In this document: piece after piece, positions 16,560-25,268 of the stretch
Position numbering within the stretch: position 1 is the first letter of the stretch
Layout of the letters: every line of letters begins with the position of its first letter
Assembly (NCBI GenBank): GCA_965203565.1
Contig: OZ241896.1
Span: 876,182-940,181 of the forward strand
DNA from: Vicinamibacterales bacterium
GTDB taxonomy: Bacteria; Acidobacteriota; Vicinamibacteria; Vicinamibacterales; UBA8438
DNA length: 64,000 nucleotides
Direction: 5' to 3'
The notes under the pieces: generated by a model
What the model saw: only the letters and a program-made list of their open reading frames with translations
Databases searched by the model: none
Told to the model about the DNA's origin: nothing
Position numbers and translations under genes: made by a program

Positions 16560-18056
16560 ATGCCCCGCGAGCCGAGCCTCGGGCAGGCGCTCGTCCCGGT
16601 CGCCCTGCTGATGGGGCTGCTCGCCCTGTCGGTCGGCCTGTTCGGCGACGAGTCGTCCTCCGGCCCGAACCAGATCGCCCTGATCCTGGGCGCGTCCGCC
16701 GCCATGCTGATCGGCCTGCGGAACGGGCATCGGTGGGCCGACCTCGACGCCCGGATCAACCAGGGCGTCGCCGCCGCGATGGGCGCCATCCTGATCCTGC
16801 TGGTCGTCGGGTCGGTGATCGGGACGTGGATCCTCGCCGGCGTCGTGCCGACGATGATCTATTACGGCCTGCAGATTCTCGCGCCGGCCGTCTTCTATCC
16901 GGCGGCCTGCCTCATCTGCGCCGTCGCCGCGCTGGCCACCGGAAGCTCGTGGACGACGGCCGGGACGATCGGGATCGCGCTGATCGGGATCGCCGCGGCG
17001 CAGGATCTGCATCTGGGCCTCGCCGCCGGCGCCATCATCTCGGGCGCGTACTTCGGCGACAAGATGTCGCCGCTGTCGGACACGACGAACCTCGCGCCGG
17101 CCGTCGCCGGCGCCGAGCTGTTCTCCCACATCCGCCACATGGCGTGGACGACGGCGCCGAGCTTCGCCGCGGCGCTCGCGCTGTTCGGTCTCGCCGGCCT
17201 GTTCGCGCCCGCGCCGGCCGACGCCGCCGATCTCGAATCGCTGCTGCGGGCGCTCGACCGGGAGTTCGCGATCGGCCCGCACCTGCTCGTCCCGGTCGCG
17301 ATCGTCCTGATCCTGGTGGCCAGGAAGACGCCGGCGTTCCCGGCGCTGCTCGTCGGCGCGCTGACCGGGGGCGTCTTCGCGGCGGCGTTCCAGCCGGCGG
17401 CGCTGGCGGCATACGTGGACGAGAGCGGGCCGCCGGCGCTCGTCGCCGTCAAGGGAGTGTGGTCGGCCCTCTACCGCGGCTTCGAGCTCGATTCGGGCGA
17501 CGCCGCGCTCGACGAGCTGCTCTCGCGCGGCGGGATGGGCGGCATGCTGCCGACCGTCTGGCTGATCCTGTCGGCGATGATGTTCGGCGCGGTCATGGAG
17601 GCGACCGGCATGCTGCGGGTCTTCGCGGTCCGCATCCTGCGGGCGGTGCGCGGGACCGGCAGCCTGATATCGGCCACCCTGGCCACGTCGGCCGGGATCA
17701 ACGTCATCGCTTCCGACCAGTACATCTCGATCGTCCTGCCGGGACGGATGTTCCGGGACGCCTACGAGCGGCGGCGGCTCGACCCGAAGAACCTGTCGCG
17801 CTCGCTGGAGGACGCGGGCACGCTGACCTCGGTGCTGGTGCCGTGGAACACGTGCGGCGCGTTCATGGCGCAGACGCTGGGGGTCTCGACCCTGACCTAC
17901 GCGCCGTTCGTCTTCTTCAACCTGCTCAACCCGTTCGTGGCGGCGGCGTACGGCTTCGCGAACGTCGCCGTCGCCCGGCTGCCGGCGGCGGGCGAGGTCA
18001 GCGCGCCGCCGGCGGCGCCGCCCCCCAGTTCTGCACGCACTCGGCCAGCGTCGTGA
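16560..18056 (+). CDS. nhaC: Na+/H+ antiporter NhaC family
   Basis: 498-aa polytopic protein with ..GSSWTTAGTIGIALIGIA.., SGAYFGDKMSPLSDTTNLA, and VPWNTCGAFM. Confidence 0.8.
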   Translation: MPREPSLGQALVPVALLMGLLALSVGLFGDESSSGPNQIALILGASAAMLIGLRNGHRWADLDARINQGVAAAMGAILILLVVGSVIGTWILAGVVPTMIYYGLQILAPAVFYPAACLICAVAALATGSSWTTAGTIGIALIGIAAAQDLHLGLAAGAIISGAYFGDKMSPLSDTTNLAPAVAGAELFSHIRHMAWTTAPSFAAALALFGLAGLFAPAPADAADLESLLRALDREFAIGPHLLVPVAIVLILVARKTPAFPALLVGALTGGVFAAAFQPAALAAYVDESGPPALVAVKGVWSALYRGFELDSGDAALDELLSRGGMGGMLPTVWLILSAMMFGAVMEATGMLRVFAVRILRAVRGTGSLISATLATSAGINVIASDQYISIVLPGRMFRDAYERRRLDPKNLSRSLEDAGTLTSVLVPWNTCGAFMAQTLGVSTLTYAPFVFFNLLNPFVAAAYGFANVAVARLPAAGEVSAPPAAPPPSSARTRPAS

Positions 18057-19494
18057 GCCAGTGGCGCACCTGGGTGAAGACGAGGAACTCGTCGTGCGCC
18101 CGGCGCTGGGCGTTGCGGCCCAGCGCGATCCGGCCCGCCATGTCGCCGAGCAGGCCGCCCAGGCGGACGGCGATCTCCTCCGGGTCTTCCGGGTTCTGCA
18201 CGAGCCGCCCGTCGACGCCGTCCCGGATCTGCTGGCGGATGCCGCACGCCCGGCTGCCCAGCACGGCGGTGTGCTTCCACATCGCCTCGGTCACCGTCAG
18301 ACCGAACCCTTCCTGAATCGAGTTCTGGACGACGACGGACGAGCAGCGCTGCAGCGCGTTGACGATCAGCTCGTTGTTCTTGCGGACCGACATCGGCAGC
18401 GACACCACGGCGACGTCGTTCTGCAGCGCGGGGGGGAGCGCCGCGTACGCCGCCGTCAGCTCCTCCAGCACCTCCTGGGCCTCCGGGTCGTCGGCGACGG
18501 CCGCCGGCTCCGGTCCGGCCAGCACCAGCCGGACCATCTCCAGCCGCCGCTGATGCCGGCCGTCGGCGGGCGGCTGCCGGCTGGCGCGCTCCTTGAGCCG
18601 GACGAAGCCGTCGAGGAGCGGCTTGAACCCCTTCAGCCGGTCCCACCGCGATATCTGCGTCACGATCGGACGGAAGAGGAGCCCGACGCCGCCCGCCTCG
18701 TCGGCCGGCACGAACCGGCCGTCCGGCGTGAGCCGCGTCGCGACCTGCTCGTACTGGAGCGGCACCACCGGATGCTGCTCGGCGACCAGCTTCGCGTTGC
18801 AGAGGATGCCGACGAGCCGCGGGACGAGCAGGTCGCGGTTCTTGTGCCCGAGCGGGTCGATGGCGGGCCGGATCAGCCCGGCGCGGCCGGCGAGGAAGGC
18901 CGGGATGTACTCCGGCGCCGTGAACACCGCCCGGTCGTACCGGTCGGCGTACGGCATCAGGAACTTCCACGCCGCCCGCGTCTGCAGCGACGCGCGGTCC
19001 ATGCCGATGTGGCAGCGGAACACCGCGCGCACGTCCAGGTCGCGCCGCAGGATTGCGCCCGAGCCGAGCGGCTGCGGGTCGTGCATCACCAGGAGGTCGC
19101 CCGGGCGGACGCGCGGGCGGAGCGCGTCGGCGTTCTCCCGGCTCACCGCGTCGTACACCGCCCGGTCGTCCCCCGTCAGCTCCGGATTGCCGGCGCCGTG
19201 GATCAGGTTGTGCAGCCGCTTGGTCAGGGTGAAGAACTCCGGCTTGTCGCTGCCGATCACCACCCACTCCACGTTGACGCCGAGATCCCGCAGGATCGTG
19301 ATCATGCGCGGGAGCATCTCCGCCACTCCGCCGCCGCGGGCGGTCGAGTTGACCATCCAGACGGTGCGCCCCTCCAGCCGGGGGACGAGCGTGCGCGCCT
19401 CCGCGCGCAGGGCGCGGACCGGCTCCGACAGGTGCGTCGCCGCCTCGTAGTCGTCCAGGGTGATCGTTTCGTCTACGGCGACCGTTTCGATCAA
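17998..19494 (-). CDS. treT: Trehalose glycosyltransferring synthase-like GT4 glycosyltransferase
   Basis: TTG 19494 with GGAGGAG upstream. Motifs: LDDYEA..., VNSTARGGGVAEML, FFTLTKRLHNLIHG, MHDPQP, FRCHIG, QNSIQEGFGLTVTEAMWK (matches the TreT sequence as I remember it). Confidence 0.75.
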   Translation of the reverse strand: MIETVAVDETITLDDYEAATHLSEPVRALRAEARTLVPRLEGRTVWMVNSTARGGGVAEMLPRMITILRDLGVNVEWVVIGSDKPEFFTLTKRLHNLIHGAGNPELTGDDRAVYDAVSRENADALRPRVRPGDLLVMHDPQPLGSGAILRRDLDVRAVFRCHIGMDRASLQTRAAWKFLMPYADRYDRAVFTAPEYIPAFLAGRAGLIRPAIDPLGHKNRDLLVPRLVGILCNAKLVAEQHPVVPLQYEQVATRLTPDGRFVPADEAGGVGLLFRPIVTQISRWDRLKGFKPLLDGFVRLKERASRQPPADGRHQRRLEMVRLVLAGPEPAAVADDPEAQEVLEELTAAYAALPPALQNDVAVVSLPMSVRKNNELIVNALQRCSSVVVQNSIQEGFGLTVTEAMWKHTAVLGSRACGIRQQIRDGVDGRLVQNPEDPEEIAVRLGGLLGDMAGRIALGRNAQRRAHDEFLVFTQVRHWLTTLAECVQNWGAAPPAAR

Positions 19495-19625
19495 CGTCTC
19501 CTCCGGGCAGCGGGCTTGCGGACGGAATCGGGGCGCAGGACCGGCGGCGCGCCTGCGCGCACGGATCCCGGCGCTCCGGCGGGGCGGGCAGGCATGAGGG
19601 AATGGGAACCCGGGCCGCCGCGGAG

Positions 19626-20411
19626 CTAGCTGACGACCTCCACGAGTTCGATCCGGACGCCTTCCGGACTCACGACGAACGCTATCTTCAGCTCCTGGCC
19701 GACGGCGTTGGTCACTTCCCGCGGCCCGGACGAAAGCTCCACCCCCTTGCCCTGCAGGTCGGCGACGGCGGCGTCGAGGCTGTCGAAGCTCCATCCGAGG
19801 TGGTCGAGCGCCCGGCCCTCGGTCGGCGCGAGCCCGCCTTCGCGCTGCTGGCCCACGAGCAGCCACAGGCCGCCGTAGCGGAGGCCGGTGAGCCGGCCCT
19901 TCATCCTGTCGGGGACGCCGCCGAACAGGTTTTCGTACCAGGTGAGCGTGGCGGCCGGATCTTCCGACCGCAGATGGATGTGGTGGAAGCCGGGCCACTG
20001 ATGATCCTCGACCACCTCGATCTTCGTTCCCCACGGGTCCTCGACGAACGCCAGCTTGAACAGCCCCTCCACTTCGCGGATCTCCTCGAGGACCTTCACC
20101 CCGGCCGCCTTCCAGCCGGCCATCTTCGCCTCGAGGTCGCGGAACGAGAAGCCGATGTGGTCGACGCCGCTCCCGACGCTGCCGCCGGCCGGCTCCCGGT
20201 CGTTGTAGAAGATGATCTGGATGTCGTCGACCTGGCAGGCGCCTTCCCGGCCGTAGTCCAGGCAGTCCATGTGCTCCCTGTACCACTGCGCCGCGGCCGG
20301 CGCGTCCGTGGCGGTCAGGTGCACGTGGTGGTAGTCGGCGGCGCGGGCGGCCCCGGGGAGGCCGGGCAGCGCGGTTGCGAGCAGCGCGAACGGCAATGCC
20401 TTCCGTGTCAT
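19626..20411 (-). CDS. Secreted two-domain VOC (glyoxalase/dioxygenase fold) protein
   Basis: ATG 20411: MTRKALPFALLATALPGLPGAARA signal. Two repeats of the HH(V/I)HL...DH(I/L)G(F/W)SF pattern. Confidence 0.7.
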   Translation of the reverse strand: MTRKALPFALLATALPGLPGAARAADYHHVHLTATDAPAAAQWYREHMDCLDYGREGACQVDDIQIIFYNDREPAGGSVGSGVDHIGFSFRDLEAKMAGWKAAGVKVLEEIREVEGLFKLAFVEDPWGTKIEVVEDHQWPGFHHIHLRSEDPAATLTWYENLFGGVPDRMKGRLTGLRYGGLWLLVGQQREGGLAPTEGRALDHLGWSFDSLDAAVADLQGKGVELSSGPREVTNAVGQELKIAFVVSPEGVRIELVEVVS

Positions 20412-20491
20412 GGCGTTCCTTCCTTCGGGTCGTGGACGTCGTCGTGGCTCATCGAAAACCCCGCGCATTATATCCGCCGCCGGCCGCCCGT

Positions 20492-21319
20492 CTACCCGAA
20501 GGCGATCCACCAGCCGGCGACGCCGACCAGCACGCCCGACAGGCTGTCGACGGCGTAATGGTACCGGCCGATCACCGTCCCGGCGACGATGCACGCGGCG
20601 GCGGCGAGCAGCGCCGCGCCGGCCGGCGGGGAGGCCGAGCAGACCGCCAGCGCCACCGCCGTCGCCGTGGCGGCGTGTCCGCTGGGAACGGTGTTCACCT
20701 GCACGCTCATCCGGCGCAGCACCGCCTCGTTGAGCCGCCGGACGCCCGGATGGGGCGAGCGCAGCGGACGCTGCCCGGCCAGCGCGCGCGGCGGGCGGGT
20801 CTGGAGCCACGGCAGCGCGCCGTAGCAGCCGAACGCCGCGATCAGCGCCGCGGTCCAGAAGTCGTCGGCCCGCGCCCGCCCGCCGAGCGCGAGGAACAGG
20901 CCGAAACCGGCCGGGACGAACGGGTAGGCGAGCAGGTACGCCAGCTCGAAGCCGGACGCGGCGCTCCGCGGCATGCGCGACGCCAGGCGGCCCAGCCGCC
21001 CGCGTCCGAGCAGCCGCGCGTCGACGTCCAGCAGCCATTGCTCGACGCCGCGCATCGGCCCGCGGTAGAACAGGCCGCACAGCCAGTACCCTTGCAGCAG
21101 GTAGGCGGCGGGCAGCCACGCCCGGAGGACGGCCAGGCTGGGCGACGCCCGAAGCTGGGAGAGCATCAGCGGCAGCGCGATGCAGACGGCGCTGACGAGC
21201 AGCGCGCGCCGGCGCGCGCCGGGCGCGAGCGGCCGGACCCGCGACAGGACCAGCAGACAGGCGAAGAAGCCGCAGACGATCCACTCGCTCGTCCGGATCG
21301 TCCGGAGGTCAAGCATCAT
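20492..21319 (-). CDS. PAP2-family membrane phosphatase
   Basis: Polytopic protein with PSGHAATA and GRYHYAVDSLSG (PAP2 motifs C2/C3). Confidence 0.7.
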   Translation of the reverse strand: MMLDLRTIRTSEWIVCGFFACLLVLSRVRPLAPGARRRALLVSAVCIALPLMLSQLRASPSLAVLRAWLPAAYLLQGYWLCGLFYRGPMRGVEQWLLDVDARLLGRGRLGRLASRMPRSAASGFELAYLLAYPFVPAGFGLFLALGGRARADDFWTAALIAAFGCYGALPWLQTRPPRALAGQRPLRSPHPGVRRLNEAVLRRMSVQVNTVPSGHAATATAVALAVCSASPPAGAALLAAAACIVAGTVIGRYHYAVDSLSGVLVGVAGWWIAFG

Positions 21320-21733
21320 CTGAGCAGGCAGGACAGGGCCGCGCCGGCGGCGACGCGCGCGCCGTCGATCCGCCAGGCGACTGCGCTCGTCATTCGGCGG
21401 GCGTGAGCCGACGCAGCAGTTCCGGCTGTTCTCGTTCGAGCCGGGCGCGGTCCATGCGGCGCAGCAACCGTTCCTGCTCCGGATCGCGCGGCCGGCGTCC
21501 AGCCGCGCGGCCGGGCGGCTCGTCGGCCAGGATCGCCGTCCATCGCTCCTGTTTGCGCCGCCGGACCTCCGCCTGAAACTCGTCGTAGTCGATCATCGCC
21601 GGCTCGCCGTCCGCTCGACGTCCCGCAGGGCGGCCGCTTCCTCCGGCGTGTCGCCGGTCCGACCCCGCAGATAGCTCCAGTCTATCCGGTCCGCGTAGAG
21701 GCGCGCGAGCCGCCGGGTGTCACGACGCGGCCG

Positions 21734-23137
21734 TCAGCCGCGGCGGCGTCCGGCCCGCAGCGCGGCGATCCACGGCGGGGTCAGCCACGAGTTGCCCACC
21801 AGCCGCCCCGACAGGATGGCGACCGCGGCGGCGGTGACGCCGACCAGGTCGAGGACGTGGACGCCGATCGTCAGGACGACGCCGACGGTGGTCAGCTCGA
21901 GCAGCGTGGCCCGCGTGATCGGCGGCGTGCGGCGCGCGTGCACCAGCGTTCCCCGTTGCAGCGAGAGGAGCACGGAGAGCGCCGGGAAGACCGACAGGAT
22001 CCGGATCGGCGGCAGCGCGAACTGCGCCAGCGCCGGGGAGAGGCCGGCGACCCCCTCGAGCCAGATCATGCCCAGCCGGGTGAACGCGATGGCCGACAGG
22101 CCGGCCACGGTGCAGGCGGCCAGCCCGGCGGCGAAGTTCCGGATCCGTCCGAACTGCTCGCACCGGTCGCCGATCAGGGCGACGACGACCTCCAGGTACG
22201 ACAGGCCGATCGCCCGGAAGACGAACGTCACGCCGTGGACCACCGGCAGCACCGCCAGCGATTCGAGCGCGCGCCGGCTCTGGCCCATGAAGAAGGTGGT
22301 CAGCGGCGGAATCGCCAGGGCCAGCACCGACGTGAGCGCCAGCGGGACGTAGAAGCGTACGAGGCCGCCGAACCGGAGGGTCGGCTCGTCGAGGCGGTCC
22401 GCGGCGCGCGCCCGGCCGCGAACCTGGCGCACCGCCTGCGCCGACACGATCCGGGTGACCGCGGCCTCCACCACGACGCCGGCCGACAGGGCGGCCGCGC
22501 CGACCGTCGCGCCGTCTGACGGCAGCAGCCGCCAGGCGGCCAGCGCCGTCAGCGACATCGTGGCCAGCCGGACGCCGGTGCAGGCGGCGACGCGCCGCGT
22601 GAGGCCGCTCCGGATCAGCAGCCCCTGGCGGAAGCGGCGGTAGCCGACCGCCGCCGGCCACGGCAGCAGGCAGGCGAGGCCCTGGTGCGCGAGCCGGGCG
22701 ACGTCGTCCGGCAGGGCGAGCAGGCCGCGGAACAGAGGATCGAAGACGGGCGGCGCGAGGACGGCGAGCTGAACGACGGTGAGCGCGGCGCACAGCCGGT
22801 AGCCGAACCGGCGCAGCGCGGCGTACGACTCCCGGTCCTCGACCAGCGCGGTCGAGGCGCTCAGCAGCATGATGACCGGCGCTTCGATGATGACGGCGAC
22901 GGCGAACGCCACGCCGAACGCGGCGAGGTTGACGGTCGGCTCCGGCAGACGCGCGATGACGGCGGCCAGGTACGGCCCCTCGACCGCCATCATGATCCAG
23001 GTCCCCGCCAGCGGGGCCCAGAACGCGAAGATGCGCCGGTACGTCAGCGGCGCGGCGGGCGCGCCTGAAAATCGAGACCGGATCTCAACTTGCTCTTGAC
23101 CGACCGGTACGGTCGGATATACACTGCGTCGGTTCAA
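21734..23137 (-). CDS. MATE/MOP-superfamily-like polytopic transporter
   Basis: About 12 predicted hydrophobic spans (..FAFWAPLAGTWIMMAVEGPYLAAVIARL..). The start is placed at in-frame TTG 23137 because the track start ATG 23275 lies inside a promoter -10 and upstream of an intrinsic terminator. The start is uncertain. Confidence 0.55.
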   Translation of the reverse strand: MNRRSVYPTVPVGQEQVEIRSRFSGAPAAPLTYRRIFAFWAPLAGTWIMMAVEGPYLAAVIARLPEPTVNLAAFGVAFAVAVIIEAPVIMLLSASTALVEDRESYAALRRFGYRLCAALTVVQLAVLAPPVFDPLFRGLLALPDDVARLAHQGLACLLPWPAAVGYRRFRQGLLIRSGLTRRVAACTGVRLATMSLTALAAWRLLPSDGATVGAAALSAGVVVEAAVTRIVSAQAVRQVRGRARAADRLDEPTLRFGGLVRFYVPLALTSVLALAIPPLTTFFMGQSRRALESLAVLPVVHGVTFVFRAIGLSYLEVVVALIGDRCEQFGRIRNFAAGLAACTVAGLSAIAFTRLGMIWLEGVAGLSPALAQFALPPIRILSVFPALSVLLSLQRGTLVHARRTPPITRATLLELTTVGVVLTIGVHVLDLVGVTAAAVAILSGRLVGNSWLTPPWIAALRAGRRRG

Positions 23138-23170
23138 TTGAGATTGGATCTCATTCCGATCTCGTCGTCC

Positions 23171-23209
23171 AAAAAAAGGCCCGCCCGGTGGTGGTTCACC
23201 GGGCGGGCC
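23171..23209 (-). terminator. Intrinsic terminator on minus strand (13-bp GC stem + U7) in the 5' leader of 21734..23137
   Basis: Minus strand reads GGCCCGCCCGGTG-AACCAC-CACCGGGCGGGCC-TTTTTTT (stem 23178-23190/23197-23209, T-run 23171-23177). Confidence 0.65.
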
Positions 23210-23273
23210 GCTGAACGCCCGGCCGCCGGTTCGCACCGGCCGCGCCAAGCGCCCAGACGTGTCGAACGCGTCC

Positions 23274-23302
23274 ATTGTAGGAGCGAGGCGTCAGGCGCGC
23301 AA
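23274..23302 (-). promoter_or_regulatory. Sigma70-like promoter on minus strand: TTGCGC-N17-TACAAT
   Basis: -35 at 23302..23297 and -10 at 23279..23274, with a 17-nt spacer. It lies about 60-95 nt upstream of the terminator. Confidence 0.45.
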
Positions 23303-23329
23303 CACCGGGCGGACTTCCGGAGGGTGGTC

Positions 23330-24688
23330 ATGACAGTGGTGATGCGTTTCCTGACGTGCGCAGTCCTGGCGTCCGTGCTCGCGGGGACCGGGCCGGCCGC
23401 CGCGGCGGCGGCGCCGCAGGGCGGCGGAAGCTCCGGTCCGTCGGAGCCGGCGGCGGCGGAGCCGGAGGGCGGCGCGGCGGAAGCCGCCGGGGAGTCGGCC
23501 GAAGCGGAGCAGCAGGCCGACGTCGAAGAACTCGAGCGCCGGCTCGAGCTGCTGGCCGAAGAGGTCGAGCGGCTGCGGAGCGGCGAGCCGGAGATCGAGC
23601 TGACCGACGACCGGACCCGCGCGCTCGGACTGGCGCCGTCGGCCGCGGCGACGTACCGGCGGGGGGCCGGCGTGTCGATCGCCGGCTACGGCGAGATGCT
23701 GTTCGAGAACTACGCTTCCGACAGGACCTCGCAGTTCGACTACCTGCGGGCGATCCTGTACGCGGGGTACCGGTTCAACGACAAGTTCCTCTTCAACTCC
23801 GAGATCGAGGTCGAGCACGCGAAGGAGATCTTCGTCGAGTTCGCGTACGTCGACTATCTGGCGACCGACAACTTCGGGGTGCGGGCCGGGATGCTGCTGG
23901 TCCCGATGGGGCTGGTCAACGAGTTCCACGAGCCGACCGTCTTCCTCGGCGCCGAGCGTCCGGTGACGGAGCGGAGCATCATCCCGTCGACGTGGCGGGA
24001 GAACGGCGGCGGCGTCTACTACGCGGACGACCGGATCTCGATGCGCGCCTACGTCGTCAACGGGTTCAACGGCCTGGCGTTCTCGTCGAGCGGCGTACGC
24101 GGCGGGCGGCAGAAGGGCGGCAAGGCGAAGTCGACCGACATGGCGATCACGGGCCGGTTCGACTACACGCCGACGCCCGGCGTCTTCTTCGGCGCCAGCT
24201 TCTACACCGGCGGGTCCGGCCAGGGCGAAGTCGTGGTCGACGACGTCGAGTACGGCGTCCGGACCAGCATCTTCGACGTGCACGCCCAGGCGCAGGTGCG
24301 CGGCTTCGATGTCCGCGGCCTGTTCGCGCAGGCGAACCTGGCCGACACCGATCGGCTGAACCAGCTGCTCGGCCTGACCGGGTCGAACGGGGTCGGCGAA
24401 ACGCTGCGGGGCGGCTACGTCCAGATCGGCTACGACCTGCTGTCGCAGGTCCCGGAGGCGGCCGGCGTCGGCCTCACGCCGTACGTCCGCTGGGAGAAGG
24501 TCGACACGCAGGCGGCGGTCGCGGCCGGCTTCACGCGGAGCCCGTCGAAGAACAACACGTACACCACGTTCGGCGTCGAGCTCAAGCCGATACCGGGCAT
24601 CGTCGTCAAGGTCGACCATATGTGGGTCTCCAACGCCGCCGACAGCGGCGTCAACCAGTTCAACGTCAACGTCGGGTACGCCTTCTAG
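23330..24688 (+). CDS. Outer-membrane beta-barrel porin with N-terminal coiled-coil
   Basis: ATG 23330 with GGAGGG upstream. MTVVMRFLTCAVLASVLAGTGPAAA signal, EELERRLELLAEEVERLRSG coiled coil, alternating beta-strand pattern, and a C-terminal ..NVNVGYAF (terminal Phe). Confidence 0.7.
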   Translation: MTVVMRFLTCAVLASVLAGTGPAAAAAAPQGGGSSGPSEPAAAEPEGGAAEAAGESAEAEQQADVEELERRLELLAEEVERLRSGEPEIELTDDRTRALGLAPSAAATYRRGAGVSIAGYGEMLFENYASDRTSQFDYLRAILYAGYRFNDKFLFNSEIEVEHAKEIFVEFAYVDYLATDNFGVRAGMLLVPMGLVNEFHEPTVFLGAERPVTERSIIPSTWRENGGGVYYADDRISMRAYVVNGFNGLAFSSSGVRGGRQKGGKAKSTDMAITGRFDYTPTPGVFFGASFYTGGSGQGEVVVDDVEYGVRTSIFDVHAQAQVRGFDVRGLFAQANLADTDRLNQLLGLTGSNGVGETLRGGYVQIGYDLLSQVPEAAGVGLTPYVRWEKVDTQAAVAAGFTRSPSKNNTYTTFGVELKPIPGIVVKVDHMWVSNAADSGVNQFNVNVGYAF

Positions 24689-24691
24689 TTC

Positions 24692-25267
24692 ATGCAGCAT
24701 CGGCCGGCCGGGGAGCGGGTGGGGCGCGCCGCGGGCGCGGTCGGCGTCTGGCTCGCCCTCGCGTCCGCCGCGGCCGCGGCGCAGTCGGGCCTCGTCACGC
24801 GCGAGGAGGCGCTGGCGGCGATCTTCGCCGGCGCGGAGATCGCCGCGGACCGCGTCTACCTGACGGCGGAGCAGGCCGAACGGGTCGCCGAGCTGTCGCG
24901 CGCCGAGGCGCCGACCCGGATCTACGCCCGCTACGTCGCCAGGCGCGCCGGCGCCGTCGTGGGCCGGGCCTACGTCGATACGCACGTCGTGCGGACCAAG
25001 CGGGAAAGCCTGCTCGTGTCGCTGACGCCGGACGGCCGCGTCCGCCGGATCGACGTGACGGCGTTCCTCGAGCCGCCGGAGTACACCCCGCCCGAACCGT
25101 GGGTCCGCCAGTACGTCGACCGGCCGCTCAGCGACGATCTGGCGGTCCAGCGCGCGATCCGCCCGATCGCCGGCGCGACGCTGACGGGGCATGCGGTCAA
25201 CGCCGCCGTGCGGCGCGTGCTGGCGCTCGACCGCGTGCTCGAAGCGGACCGGAAGGCGGGACGCTGA
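24692..25267 (+). CDS. Exported FMN-binding domain protein (ApbE flavinylation substrate)
   Basis: Signal peptide, plus an FMN_bind-type motif RPIAGATLTGHAV (xGAT[S/T] flavinylation threonine context). Confidence 0.7.
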   Translation: MQHRPAGERVGRAAGAVGVWLALASAAAAAQSGLVTREEALAAIFAGAEIAADRVYLTAEQAERVAELSRAEAPTRIYARYVARRAGAVVGRAYVDTHVVRTKRESLLVSLTPDGRVRRIDVTAFLEPPEYTPPEPWVRQYVDRPLSDDLAVQRAIRPIAGATLTGHAVNAAVRRVLALDRVLEADRKAGR

Positions 25268-25268
25268 G

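Noticed and set aside
21390-21596. 68-aa minus-strand ORF (MIDYDEFQAEVRRRKQERW...) and the adjacent upstream frame, considered as a toxin-antitoxin pair
   Set aside because: The upstream frame has no start codon. The 68-aa ORF is highly charged, with no recognisable family and no RBS. Coding status cannot be supported from the sequence alone.
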